A program made the position numbers and the translations under genes. The notes below the pieces were generated by a model, which was not told the DNA's origin, did not search any database, and saw nothing but the letters and a program-made list of their open reading frames with translations. Positions 19,712 to 30,600 of a stretch of 64,000 bases of DNA are shown here, piece by piece. The stretch's first letter is position 1, and each line of letters opens with the position of its first letter. Source of the DNA: Planctomycetota bacterium (GTDB lineage: Bacteria > Planctomycetota > PLA2 > JAEUHO01); contig CBDCWP010000021.1 in assembly GCA_965223505.1 (NCBI GenBank), positions 320,001-384,000 of the forward strand, read 5' to 3'.

Positions 19712-20598
19712 GCGCGCCCGGCCCCGTCGCGGTGGGGCTGATTCGACCGTTCACCCTGCTCGCGCCCGCGGTCGGCGTCGTGACCGGCGCGCTCGTCGCG
19801 AAAGGCGCAGGCGCCTCCGGTTGGCATTGGCCTCCGGTGGTTTGGGGTGTCGTGTCCGCCATGTTCGCCACGGCGGCGAGCAACACCTGGAACCAGGCGT
19901 TCGACGCGCCTCTCGATCGCATCAACAAGCCCCGGCGTCCCATTCCGGCGGGCCGCATCTCGGCGCGCAACGCGCTGGCGCTCGGCCACGCCATGGCCGC
20001 CGCGGCGCTCGTGTGCGGCTGGTTCGCGTCGGTGCCGTTCTTCGTCTGCGTCGCCGTGGGCGTCGTCGCCACGTGGATCTACAGCGCGCCGCCGCTGCGC
20101 ACGAAGCGCCTCGCGCTCGGCGCGCTGCTGACCATGGCGATCCCGCGTGGACTGCTCGTGCCGGTCGCCGGATGGGGCACGCTGGCGCCCGTCGACACGC
20201 CGGATCCGTGGGCGCTGGGCGCCGTGACCTTCCTCTTCGTGCTCGGCGCGTCGGCGACCAAGGACTTCGCCGACATCGAGGGCGACCGGGAGCACGGCTG
20301 CCGCACGCTCCCCGTCCTCCTGGGCCCGGCCCGGGCGGCGCGGCTCATTGCGCCGTTCTTGATCGTCCCGTTTCTGCTGTATCCGTTGTTCGCAGCTGCC
20401 GGGTGGCTGACGGCGCCCATGCTCCATGTGGGCGTGCTCGCAGGCGTGCTTTCGGCGCTGGGCGCGGCGGCGGCATTCGCTCTGCTGCGCGATCCCGCGG
20501 CGCTGGCGCGTCGCGGCGGCAATCACCCGGCGTGGGCGATGATGTACCTGCTCATGCTCGGCGCGCACGCCGGGAGCGCGCTCGCCTACAACGTCTGA
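19708..20598 (+). CDS. UbiA family prenyltransferase
   Basis: LIRPFTL, NQAFDAPLDRINKPRRPIPAGR, YSAPPLRTKR, KDFADIEGDREHGCRTLP; TTG start overlaps upstream stop. Confidence 0.9.
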   Translation: MSAPGPVAVGLIRPFTLLAPAVGVVTGALVAKGAGASGWHWPPVVWGVVSAMFATAASNTWNQAFDAPLDRINKPRRPIPAGRISARNALALGHAMAAAALVCGWFASVPFFVCVAVGVVATWIYSAPPLRTKRLALGALLTMAIPRGLLVPVAGWGTLAPVDTPDPWALGAVTFLFVLGASATKDFADIEGDREHGCRTLPVLLGPARAARLIAPFLIVPFLLYPLFAAAGWLTAPMLHVGVLAGVLSALGAAAAFALLRDPAALARRGGNHPAWAMMYLLMLGAHAGSALAYNV

Positions 20599-20626
20599 TC
20601 GAACGACCCGTCGACCAGGGGCGCCA

Positions 20627-22414
20627 CTACTCCTTGCCCAGGCGCTCGAGTACGAAGTTCAGCGCCAGGCGCTGGGACGCGATCGTCCCCGAGAGGTTGC
20701 CCGCTTCCTGGAAGTAGTGCCCCATGGCATGCAGCACGCGTCCGTTGCCGTGTTCGAAGGTCACGACGACCGCGCCGTTGCCGCGCAACAACACGTCGCG
20801 CAGGTACGCGCTTTCGATCAGGACCTTGACCTTCTTCTCGTTCTTGATGAGCACGTCGTACGAGGACTGCTCGAGCCACCAGCGCGCCTTGGCCGTTCGC
20901 AGGAACACGCCCTTCAACAGCGGGTCGTTCTCCCGGCCCTTTGCCGGCGCGATGTCGATGATGTACTCCTTCGCGAGCGGTGCCGTCGATCCGCGCGTGC
21001 GCACGTAGCCCGGCAACGCGTGCACGAGCACGTGATCGATGCCCCAGTCCGTCGTGAAGAGGTAGCCGCCGTTCTTGACGAAATCGCGAACTCGTTTCGC
21101 GATGCGCTTCGTATGACGCGGCGGTAGCGCCTCGCCGCAGTTCCAGAAGAGGCACTTGTAGTCCTCGAAGTCGACCGCCTGCTTCGAGATCAGGTGATAC
21201 GGATCCTTCTTCGTGTACGGGAGCTCGAGCGCATCGAGCACCTTGTGCATGTGATCGAAGGCGCCGCTGATGACGAGAATGTCCTTCTTCTTGATGCGCT
21301 TGAGGTAGTCGCCGCGTCCCGCGCCGCCGCGGCCGACCAGTGACCGCACGATGTCCGCGGCGCGTTTATTGACCGCGTCCTTGCTGCCGTCGGTGAACTT
21401 CTTCTCGAGGTCGGCCTGTTTCGGCACGTTCGGCTGCACCGGCTTGCTGCGCGGCCGGAGCAACAGATGCCGCGGCGCGAGCCCGATGTCGACCGGCTGC
21501 ATTTTGTCCAGCGGTCCGTCGGGTTCGGGCAACGGCGGGTCGTCGCGATCCGACTCGAGCTTCTGGTCGAGCGGGCTGGGCTCGTCCGGGATCTCGGGCG
21601 TCTCGGGGAGCTCCGAGTCCTCGGTGAGCATCTCCGGCAGCGACTCGTGCGGCTCCTCGAACCCGACGTCGTCGTCCGGCGAAACCATGGCCGCCTTGAA
21701 CGAGTGGCTCTTGCCGTCGTTCGCGGGACCTTGATTGGTGGGGATCAACATCAGGATGACGAAGATCAGCGCGTGGACGGCGCAAGAGATCATGAAGAAC
21801 GGCGCGCGTTTGAGCTGCTGGTAGAGCTCGTCGCCGAAGTTCTGCTGCCGGGCCATCAAGCGCGTCACGGCCTCGCTGTGCTCGCTCGTCTCCGTGGTCG
21901 CGGCTGCGGCCGCGGCGGGGGCCGTGGGCTGGGTCTGCTTGGCAGGCCGCTTCTTGGGTTGCGGCTTGTCGGCCCTCGGAAGCGTGGGCGTCTGCCGCGC
22001 GGTGGGGCCGGCGGTCGTCGACGCCGCCGTGGGGGCGTCTGCGCGCCGCGGGGCCCGGCGCGTCTCGGGCTCCTTGACCTCGAACGTGGCGGCCGGGGCG
22101 CCCTCGTCATACCCGCCGAACACGGGCGCTGCATCCGCCCCCGGCTCCTGGGGCAGCATGCCGGCGAGCTGAATCCGGGCGTTCCCGACGGCGATGGCAT
22201 CGCCGACCCGAAGGCGGCGCTGCAGCCCCGCGGCCCCGTCGAGCTGGTCGATCAGCACGGTCGAGCCCTCGCGCCGCAGCGCCAGCTCGCGCCGGCCCCA
22301 GCCGGCGTCGGCGAGCGTGAAGTCCGCAGTCGGATCCGAGCCGAGCAGCAGCTCGCGCTTCTCGGTCCGAATCTCGTGCGTCTCGCTTCCGACGGTGATG
22401 CGCAGGACGATCAA
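20627..22414 (-). CDS. Hypothetical membrane protein: FHA-like N-terminus, Pro/Ala linker, TM helix, GATase-like C-terminal domain
   Basis: N-terminal beta-rich 'LLLGSDPTADF..LRVGDAIAVG'; SCAVHALIFVILMLI TM; C-terminal 'FWNCG..FVKNGGYLFTTDW..GNGRVLH'. Confidence 0.6.
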   Translation of the reverse strand: MIVLRITVGSETHEIRTEKRELLLGSDPTADFTLADAGWGRRELALRREGSTVLIDQLDGAAGLQRRLRVGDAIAVGNARIQLAGMLPQEPGADAAPVFGGYDEGAPAATFEVKEPETRRAPRRADAPTAASTTAGPTARQTPTLPRADKPQPKKRPAKQTQPTAPAAAAAATTETSEHSEAVTRLMARQQNFGDELYQQLKRAPFFMISCAVHALIFVILMLIPTNQGPANDGKSHSFKAAMVSPDDDVGFEEPHESLPEMLTEDSELPETPEIPDEPSPLDQKLESDRDDPPLPEPDGPLDKMQPVDIGLAPRHLLLRPRSKPVQPNVPKQADLEKKFTDGSKDAVNKRAADIVRSLVGRGGAGRGDYLKRIKKKDILVISGAFDHMHKVLDALELPYTKKDPYHLISKQAVDFEDYKCLFWNCGEALPPRHTKRIAKRVRDFVKNGGYLFTTDWGIDHVLVHALPGYVRTRGSTAPLAKEYIIDIAPAKGRENDPLLKGVFLRTAKARWWLEQSSYDVLIKNEKKVKVLIESAYLRDVLLRGNGAVVVTFEHGNGRVLHAMGHYFQEAGNLSGTIASQRLALNFVLERLGKE

Positions 22415-22589
22415 GCTGGACGAGCTCCCCGCACCCTTGGATCGGCAGCGGGCCTGTGCGGCGAAAGTGACGCCGCTGCCATTCCTATTGAACGCACCAA
22501 AGCGTAGCAAGGCTGCAGCGAGCCCCGAGATTCACGCAATTCCCCGTCGACCCGGCCTCGCAGGCCGGGGCCTGGGGCCTTCGGCCCCG

Positions 22590-23663
22590 TCAGCTCCGGC
22601 GGCGTCCCAGGTCCGCCAAACCGCCGATGAACGGCAGGATGAACGCGTAGTGCCGGCTCCAGAGGGTGTAGCCGGCCGCCTCGAGCCCCCCCTGATGCGG
22701 CGTCAACGTCAGGAAATACGGCTGTCCGCGGCCGTGGTGATAGACCGCCAGGACGACGCCGATGACGACGGCGAACATCAGGAACGCCGCCAGATGGCCG
22801 GTCCAGCGGCCGCATCCCAGCAATCCCATGACGCCGAGCGCGAAGACGAACAGCATCATCGTCTGGGGAATCGAGGCGAGGAGCACGTCCAGGCGCAGCC
22901 AGAAACCGCGCGGGAGCCAGCTCTGCAGCGTGGGGTGCACGTAGTACGTGTACGCCTCGTTCGAGCTCAGGGTCACCGGTAGATCGATGTAGGAATCGAT
23001 CGTTCCGAACGCCTGACAGCGGTACGCCGTCGGATCTTCGCCCGCGGCTTGCAGCGTCGAGCTCGGCAGCGGCATGAAGAGCAGGCTTGCCAGCAGACAC
23101 AAGACGAGCAGCAACACGAGGCGCGAAGACGAACCCTCCGGGTTCCGCATGAGCAGCGCGCCCGCCGTCAGTGTGCCGGTGAGCGCGAAGAGCAAGATGT
23201 AGAGCTCGTCGCCGGATGGGGTGAACGCGACGAAGGCGAGCGCGCCCCAGATCGTCGCCCACGTGCCGCGCGAGCGGCCGGCCGGAAGAAACGCCGCCGT
23301 CAGGAACGCGATGGCGATCAGGCTCAGGCCCACGCAGATGCCGTGCGGCCGTGTCCAGCCCAGCTCGAAGTTGCCGTCGGCGCCTTGGAAGACCTCCCAT
23401 GGCCAGCCCATGTTCTCCGCTCCGAGGACGCGGTGCGCGAAGTCGGGATTGAACTGCGCGAAGAGCGCGAAGGTCGTCAGCAGGAATCCGCACCCGTAGT
23501 AGAAGCGCGGCGCGGCGAACGGCGCCGCGATCGCGCCGAACACCCTGCGGGTCCGTCCACGTTCATCGTCCGCGGCGCCCTCGCCGCCGTCCATCGTCGT
23601 CGCGGGCTGGAACGGCTCCGTGCCGACACTCGGTTCCAGGTCGAAGGGACTCGTGCCCGTCAT
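22590..23663 (-). CDS. Multi-pass membrane hypothetical protein
   Basis: Many hydrophobic helices; overlaps the upstream paralog-like gene by 4 nt. Confidence 0.7.
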   Translation of the reverse strand: MTGTSPFDLEPSVGTEPFQPATTMDGGEGAADDERGRTRRVFGAIAAPFAAPRFYYGCGFLLTTFALFAQFNPDFAHRVLGAENMGWPWEVFQGADGNFELGWTRPHGICVGLSLIAIAFLTAAFLPAGRSRGTWATIWGALAFVAFTPSGDELYILLFALTGTLTAGALLMRNPEGSSSRLVLLLVLCLLASLLFMPLPSSTLQAAGEDPTAYRCQAFGTIDSYIDLPVTLSSNEAYTYYVHPTLQSWLPRGFWLRLDVLLASIPQTMMLFVFALGVMGLLGCGRWTGHLAAFLMFAVVIGVVLAVYHHGRGQPYFLTLTPHQGGLEAAGYTLWSRHYAFILPFIGGLADLGRRRS

Positions 23664-24562
23664 GCCTGCACCTCCGTGGGCACGCGCCGGCGAAGGTCGG
23701 AGAGGCCGAAGCAGCCGAGCAGGAAGAGCAGGACGCCGTGCTCGATCGAGGAGGACCAGAGCTGCCGGGCGAACGCCTGCACGTCCGGGTCCGGGCTCGT
23801 CGCCGTCTCGAAGATGTCGACCGCGAGGGGCATGACCATCGCGACGATGAGCACGACGAACGTCCAGAAGAGGAACGTCCTGCGCTTGAACCCGACGAAC
23901 GCCATGAACCCGACGATCGCCGCCCCGAACATCAACAGCTGCGGCGCAATGACCTTGGCGGCGTAGCGAGGGGAGTAGCCACGTTCGACGCCCAGGTCGT
24001 CACCCTGCACCCACATCTGCACGTCCTCGAAGAAGATCTTCAGTCGTGCTTGGTCCGGACCGACGTTCATCACCTCGAACCCGACGGCGTGCTGCACGAC
24101 GAGAAAGAACGCCCCGATTCCCGCCAGCACGCGGCCGCGTTCCCAGCCACCTTTGGTAGGCGCGGTCGCGAGCCCCGCGCCCAGCACGATCAACGCGGCG
24201 AACTCGCCGAGGTTGAACCGCTGAATCGTGAATCCCGCATGCGCACCCGAGCAGTGGACGATCAGGATGATCGCGAAGATCAGCACGCCCACCGCGCGAA
24301 GGTAGTACTGCCGGGTGAACGCCATGGCCAGCGCCCAGATGCCGGCGGCGACCCACATGAGAAACACGACCTTGACGAGCCAATCCGACGTCCCTCGGGC
24401 AAACATCTCCCACGGCCACATGTTGCCCTTTGCCCCGAAGGACGGGTTCGCAGTGAGGAACGTCGCGAAGATCATCAAGAAGCCCGTCACCGCCAGCGCC
24501 GGCGACGTGCGGTCGTCTTCCGGCTCGGTCATGACAGGCGGCGTTTCGAGCGGCTGCGACAT
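23660..24562 (-). CDS. Multi-pass membrane hypothetical protein
   Basis: Many hydrophobic helices; shares NP.F...WPWE and C-terminal GL.DL.RR motifs with the downstream gene. Confidence 0.7.
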   Translation of the reverse strand: MSQPLETPPVMTEPEDDRTSPALAVTGFLMIFATFLTANPSFGAKGNMWPWEMFARGTSDWLVKVVFLMWVAAGIWALAMAFTRQYYLRAVGVLIFAIILIVHCSGAHAGFTIQRFNLGEFAALIVLGAGLATAPTKGGWERGRVLAGIGAFFLVVQHAVGFEVMNVGPDQARLKIFFEDVQMWVQGDDLGVERGYSPRYAAKVIAPQLLMFGAAIVGFMAFVGFKRRTFLFWTFVVLIVAMVMPLAVDIFETATSPDPDVQAFARQLWSSSIEHGVLLFLLGCFGLSDLRRRVPTEVQA

Positions 24563-24613
24563 GGAGCGTCATTTGAGCAAGCCCCTGCGGGCCCGCCAAG
24601 CGCATCCGGAGAA

Positions 24614-25156
24614 TTACCGCAGGCGATCGTAGGCAGCTCGCAGGCGTTTGAACTTCTGCTCTGCCAGCGCCTGAAACTCGTCGTCGAGATGGGCGACTTT
24701 GTCGGGGTGGCAGGTGAGGGAACGTTCGCGAAATGCCTGGTCGATTGCGGCTTCGTCAGCAGTCGCGCCGATGCCGAGGACCTCGAGCGCCTCGGCGATG
24801 CTCATCCTCTCGTCGCCTTCCGCCGCGTCGGTTTCGTCCGACGGCGACGACGCCGGGTCTCGAGGCGGCAGCTCCGGCTCGGGGACCTCGTGCACGCGAT
24901 TTGCGTCGGCCGGTTCGCCGGTGACCCAAGGAGGGCGTCGTTCCTCCGGCGGAACGTGCCGCGGAGGCGGCTTGCCGGGCGGTGCGTAGCGGCCCTCGCC
25001 GTGGGGAATCAGCCGCAGCTTCTTGTGGCAGCCCGGGCACAGGAACTCGACGAGCGGGCCGCCGGCCGCGGCGCGCCGGGGGCGCAGGATGCCGACGCCC
25101 GCGACCTCGGACGACGTGTACGGACGCGAGCATCGGGGGCAGGAGCCGATCTCCAT
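24614..25156 (-). CDS. J-domain (DnaJ class C) protein with N-terminal Zn ribbon
   Basis: CPRC...CPGC at the N-terminus; ALEVLGI..AIDQAFRERSLTCHPDKV..F..L..AY J domain at the C-terminus. Confidence 0.85.
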   Translation of the reverse strand: MEIGSCPRCSRPYTSSEVAGVGILRPRRAAAGGPLVEFLCPGCHKKLRLIPHGEGRYAPPGKPPPRHVPPEERRPPWVTGEPADANRVHEVPEPELPPRDPASSPSDETDAAEGDERMSIAEALEVLGIGATADEAAIDQAFRERSLTCHPDKVAHLDDEFQALAEQKFKRLRAAYDRLR

Positions 25157-25321
25157 GCGCGGAATTCTAGCCCACACGGACGCGCCCACGGCTTGACGAT
25201 CGGCGCGATTGGGCCAACATCTCGGGTTCGTCGGCGGAGAGACCCGCCGGCGGTGAGTCCCGAAGCCCCTGAGCGGTCGGCCTCGAACACCTCGGGGGGC
25301 GGGCGCGTCGAAGGGAAAGCC

Positions 25322-25447
25322 ATGAAGATCCGCACACGCAACACCACGAAGAAGCGGGCCAAGGTCGGGTTCCGCGCGCGCATGCGGACCAAGGCCGGTC
25401 GCAAGATCGTCAACCGTCGCCGTCGCCTGCGCGGCACGTTCCCGTAG
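25322..25447 (+). CDS. rpmH: 50S ribosomal protein L34 (41 aa, divergent N-terminus)
   Basis: MKIRTRNTTKKRAKVGFRARMRTKAGRKIVNRRRRLRGTFP contains the L34 signature GFRARM.T..GR.....RR. Confidence 0.88.
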   Translation: MKIRTRNTTKKRAKVGFRARMRTKAGRKIVNRRRRLRGTFP

Positions 25448-25547
25448 GCGCGAGTCCCGGGCCCGCGCGCCACGCACGCACCGGCACGATTCGAAGGCGT
25501 CCGTCGCGCCGCGATTCCCTCTTGGGGTACGCTCGCAGCGAGGTCGC

Positions 25548-26528
25548 ATGAGCGCTCGAGACGGGCAGACGAGTCGCAGAGGGTTCTTGAAGGGCGCCGC
25601 TGCCGCCGCCGGCGCGGCGGTCTACCTGCCGGCCGTCGCCGCCGCGGAGCCGGACCGCGCTGCCATGCCGATGCGTACGTTCGGCAAGACCGACTGCAAG
25701 GTGTCCTTGTTCGGTCTGGGCTGCTATCCGCTCGGCGCGCTGCGCGATCCGGACGAAGGGTCGGCGCTCGTCGTGCGCGCGCTCGATGGCGGCTGCAACT
25801 ACATCGACACGGCTCCGAGCTACAAGAACGGGAACAGCGAGCGCCGCGTCGGCAACGCGCTCCGGCAGCGCAAGCGCAGCGACGTCTTCCTGGCGACCAA
25901 GACGCTCGAACGCACGGCGGACGGCGCGCGCCGGGAGCTCGAACAGAGCCTGAAACGGCTGAAGGTCGACGCGGTCGATCTCATCCAGATCCACGCCGTG
26001 CGAACGGAGTCCGATCTCGCACGCGTGCTCGACTTGAAGCGCGGGCCGCTCCCGGGCCTGCTGAAGGCGAAGGAAGAGAAGCTGGTCCGCTTCATCGGCG
26101 TCACCGGTCACACCGACCCCACCGTCATGCGCAAGACGTTCGAGGGGTGGGGGTTCGACTCGATCCTCTTTCCGCTCAACTGCGTCGACCCCAATCACCG
26201 CACCAAGACCGATCCGCCGGAGCGACTGTCGTTCGTCGAGGAGACCTTGCCCGCCGCCGTGAAGAATGGTCTGGCACGCGTCGCCATGAAGGTCTTCGCG
26301 TCCGGGCGGCTGCCGAAGAAGGGCATCAGCGCCGAGCAGTGCCTGCGCTACACCTACGGTCTCGACATCGCGACGTGCACCGTCGGCTGCAAGACCGAAG
26401 CGGAGGTCGATCTCGCCTTGGGCGTCGCGAAGGCGTTCAAGCCCCTCTCCGCCGAGGCGTCGAAGGCGCTCGTCGAGTCGACACGCCCGTACCGGGGCAA
26501 GTCGACCGAGTGGTACAAGCGCGCGTAG
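25548..26528 (+). CDS. Tat-exported aldo/keto reductase
   Basis: SRRGFLK twin-arginine signal; NYIDTAPSY, FLATK, LEQSLKRLKVDAVDLIQIH, RFIGVTGH. Confidence 0.9.
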   Translation: MSARDGQTSRRGFLKGAAAAAGAAVYLPAVAAAEPDRAAMPMRTFGKTDCKVSLFGLGCYPLGALRDPDEGSALVVRALDGGCNYIDTAPSYKNGNSERRVGNALRQRKRSDVFLATKTLERTADGARRELEQSLKRLKVDAVDLIQIHAVRTESDLARVLDLKRGPLPGLLKAKEEKLVRFIGVTGHTDPTVMRKTFEGWGFDSILFPLNCVDPNHRTKTDPPERLSFVEETLPAAVKNGLARVAMKVFASGRLPKKGISAEQCLRYTYGLDIATCTVGCKTEAEVDLALGVAKAFKPLSAEASKALVESTRPYRGKSTEWYKRA

Positions 26529-26622
26529 CGGGAGCGAGCCCGTCGATTCGCGGCAAAGCCCCCGTGAAGCGGTACCCTGCGAATCGTCCGCGAGAAGGGC
26601 CTCGCGGTCTGGAGGCGACCCC

Positions 26623-27657
26623 GTGCAACGCGCCATCGTGACCTTCATCCTTCTCATCGTCGTCATCGTGGCGTTGCTCGTCGCGTTCGGCGTGTTCGAG
26701 TCTCCCGAAGAAGCGCCCCCGAACGGCGGCGAGGAGCCGAACGAAACCGGCGCCACCGAGAACGGCACCGAGAGCGGCTTGCGTCCCACCACGCCGACGG
26801 AGATGCCCGACGCGGAGCTGCTCGACCTGGACAGCCCGTCCAAGGTCCTCTTCATCTCTCGCCGCCCGATGACCGCCAACAAGTACATGACGAACCAGTG
26901 GCCTTCGATTCCGGGTCTGAGCTTCCAGTCCTGGTACCTGTACGACGAACGCTCGACCGAGAGCGTCGTCCACGACATGGACCCGCTGACGTCCGCGCCG
27001 ACCGCTTCGTTGCTCGCCGACGAAGACTTCGATCTGCTGGTCATCGACAACTTCGATCCGGCCAAGTTTCCCGACACCTTCTGGAGTCGCGTGAAGGAGC
27101 GCGTCGAGAGCGGAAGGATGGGCTTGCTCGCGCTGGTCCAGCTGCCGCTGCGCGACGACGGGACGAAGACGGAGCCGTTGTTGGAGCATCAGTTCCTCAC
27201 GCACCCGATCGTCAAGACGCTCATGCCGGTCAAGTCGGCGAAGCAGGTGCGCGGCGATCCCACGACGGGACTCATCGCCGGCAGCTTCCGCAAGCGCCGG
27301 CCCTTCAAAGTCTCCGAAGCGGGGCAGCGCCACATCGCGACGCGGCTGACCGAGTGGCCGACCTGGAGTCCCCGGATCTGGGAGGCGTGGGGCGAAGGCA
27401 AGGGGGCCTTGACGACGATCTTCGGCTATCCGGTCGAAGAGGTGGCCGACGGAGCGAGAGTGCTGCTCTCCATCGACGGTGGCGGCGAGCCGGACGTGCC
27501 GGTCGTGATCGTCGGGGACGAGAGCAAGGGCGCTCGCGTGATGTGGGTGGGAACCCCCGAGTGGAGCTGGGAAGCGCACTTCGACGCGACGAAGTCGAAG
27601 CGCATGGCGACGGTCGTTCGCAACATCACCGTCTGGGCCGCGGGGGCCCGGAAGTAA
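26623..27657 (+). CDS. Membrane-anchored hypothetical protein (GATase-like fold possible)
   Basis: N-terminal TM helix; FDLLVIDN, GMGLL, PVVIVGDESKGARVMWVG. Confidence 0.65.
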   Translation: MQRAIVTFILLIVVIVALLVAFGVFESPEEAPPNGGEEPNETGATENGTESGLRPTTPTEMPDAELLDLDSPSKVLFISRRPMTANKYMTNQWPSIPGLSFQSWYLYDERSTESVVHDMDPLTSAPTASLLADEDFDLLVIDNFDPAKFPDTFWSRVKERVESGRMGLLALVQLPLRDDGTKTEPLLEHQFLTHPIVKTLMPVKSAKQVRGDPTTGLIAGSFRKRRPFKVSEAGQRHIATRLTEWPTWSPRIWEAWGEGKGALTTIFGYPVEEVADGARVLLSIDGGGEPDVPVVIVGDESKGARVMWVGTPEWSWEAHFDATKSKRMATVVRNITVWAAGARK

Positions 27658-27660
27658 CGC

Positions 27661-30600
27661 CTACTCGCCCTGCGTCCGGCGCTTGGCGCGGCGCACCACG
27701 ATGTCGAGCCAGCCGCGTTCGTCGAGCGGCTCGAAGTACGGATCGGCCCTCACCTCGGCTTCGAGGTGCGGCGCCCGCACCAGGGCCTCCTCGAGCGCGC
27801 GCGCCGCGGGCGTGAGCCGGTTCAGCGCCGCGTAGGCCTGTGCGAGATGCAGGAAGGGATCCGCGTCGTGCTGGTCCGGCGCGAGGAGCAGCGGCCGTCG
27901 CAGCAGCATCAACGCCTCCTGCGGGCGGTCGCGCTTGAGCAGGACGTAGGCCAACGGATCCAACGTCTCGACGCGCGGCTCGTCGCGAACGCGTTGCTCC
28001 AGGTGCACGGCCCGCCGCGCTGCGTCCTCCGCGAGCGCGAGGTTGAAGTCCACACGCGCGCGTAGAAGAGCGACGGTTCGCAGAACGAATGCGTCCCCCG
28101 GCGCCCTGAGAATGGCGCGGCGGAACGCGGCTTCGGCAAGGGCGTCTTCGCCGTCGGCGGCGTGCACCTGTCCGCGCAAGGCGTCGAGCTTCGCGCGCGC
28201 GTACGTCCGGAGGTCGTACTTGGCCTCTTCGTAGTTGCGACGCGCGATGATGCGGACCACGGTCTCCTGCGCGCGCACGGCGTCGGTGTAGCGCCCCGCT
28301 CGGGCGAACACGTCGGCGCGCCGTGACGCCGATGCGTAGTCGGCGATTCCGTCGACCGGCGCCAGACGGCGAATGTAGCGCTCGACCGTCTCCGCGGCGC
28401 GCGGGCGAGCGCCGTCGCGCTCGTCGCGAAGCACGAGCGCGATCTTGAAGAGATACACGTCAGGAAACAGCGCGAGCGAGCTCGACTTGTGCGCCGATTC
28501 GAGCACCTTGCCCAACACGTCCGAGAGCGTCTCGTCGTCGGCGGTTCGAAGCTGCGCGAGAATGCGGCTCGCCTCCGGCGTCAGTACGTGATAGAGGCCC
28601 TCGGCGGTGTGCTCCAGATAGGGGAGCGGCGCAGGGGCGCGCGCCGCCGAGCCGACGCCGCCGGCGAAGAGCATGGAGCGCTGACGATCCGCCGCTTTCG
28701 TTGCGTACGTCGCCATCTGCGGGAGGAACAACAGCGCACCGAGCGCTTCGATGGACGCTTTCGACTTCGTTCTCATCACGCCGTACGCGAGCGCGCCGGC
28801 TCGATGCACGAACGGCTTCGTCGGCGCGCTGTCCGGATCGAGGTTCGCGGTGACGCCGTAGTACGTCTGCAGCTCGCTTTGCAGCGCGCCCAGCAACGCC
28901 TTCGCGGCGGCGGCGTCCCCCTCGACCCCGACGGCGCCGGCAACGAGCCACTGCAACATGCCGTCCTGGTTCCAGCCTTCCGGCGTCTCGGCCGCCGGAT
29001 TTGCGGGCGCGCCCTGGACCGACGTTCCGTACAACCAGGCGGCGAGCCGGCTACGGGCCTTCGGGCGCACGCGGCCGATCAACATGCGCGCGGCGACGAG
29101 TCGCACGCCGATCTGCACCAACGGGTCGAGTGTGGTTTCGACGACGGCGCTCTCGATCTTGTCCCACGGCTGGAAGCGCAAGGCACGCAACACGTCCTGG
29201 GCGAGGCCGACCTCGTCGTTCTCGGTGCTGTCGGCCAGCGCTTTGCCGTTACGCGCGAGTACCAGGATCGGCAGCAGGAGATCCGCGAGATCGGGAGCGC
29301 CCGGGTGATCGAGGGAGGCCACCGCGGTGAGCCACGACTTGCGTGCGTTCGGTGCGAGCAGGCGGCGCCAGAACGCCGTGATCTCGTCGCCGCGGTGTCG
29401 CCATCGACCTTCCAGGACGTCCGTTACGGGACCGAGGAACCGCGGCTCCTTGTCCAGTGTCGCCGCGATCGACAGCGCGAAGTCGACGGCCGCGTTCACC
29501 GCCGCCTCACCGCGCACGTCTTTGAGCTGCCGCAGCCACGCCTCCTGGCTGCGCGGGTGATCCGCCTGTTCCCAGACCTCGCGCACGTAGCGCACCGCGC
29601 GCTGCGGGTCTGTCACGACCCACGCGATCAACAGCGCCTCGCGTGCCTGGTCGAAGCGCGGCGCGACCGCTTCGAGCAACGCCTGGGTGCGCTCGGTGCG
29701 AACGTCGCGCCGTCGCGGGTCGGCCACGATGGCAAGCGCCGCTCGCTGCAGCGGCCAGCGGGGCTCGGCCAACGCGCGCTCGAGCAGTGTCCATCCGAGG
29801 TCGTCGATCGGTTCCCCGACGACGGGCGCGAGCCGCAGATCGGCGCGCTGGTAGGCGTCGGTTCCTTCGCGAAAGAGATCTTCGATGAGGATCGCGCGCG
29901 CCTCGGGCTCGGGGCGCCGTTCGAGCACGTCGATGGCGCGCAGCCGCAGCTCGACGGCCTCGGCATGAAGCGTCTCCCGTAGGAGCGGCAGCGCCCAGGA
30001 GGCGGGCTCTCCCACGAGCGCGTTCACGATGTCGAGCTTCAAGTAGACGGGCGCGTCGCTCGCCAGGATCTTGCGCGCGAGCCCTTCGTCACCGACGCGC
30101 TTCCAGCGGCTCAGGACCTCGCTTGCTTCCAATCGCAGGAAGCGCTGTCGGAACGGCAGCTTTGCGCGCGCCGCCTCCGTCTCGGCGTCGCCCGGCGCGA
30201 TCAGCTCGTGCAACACCGGCAGCGCCAGCTCCGGACCGAGCTCGCGGATGAGCACGATGCCGTGGCGCGGATAGAAGAACGCGCCGGCCTTGAGCCGCGT
30301 GAGGACGGGTTCGATGATCGGCGCGCCGAAGTCCGGCAGCCGCAGACGCAGCTTGTGCTCGGGAATGGCCGTGTCGAGATACGGGTCCATGTCCACCGGC
30401 CGCGCGATCCAGTCCACCATGCGTTCGAGCGCCCACGTGCGGTCCTCGTCCGTCGCGTCGGCGTGCTCGTACAGCGTGAGCGCCGCGTCGATGGCGATGC
30501 GGCGCAGGTGCACGCTGTCGTAGCCGTACTGCGGCGCACCCAGTGCCCAGCGGCGCAGCCCGGCGATGAAGTCGCCGCTGCCGTTCTCGAGGATCAAGAG

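Noticed and set aside
25160..25321. oriC next to rpmH
   Set aside because: No DnaA-box cluster or AT-rich unwinding element visible, and no dnaA
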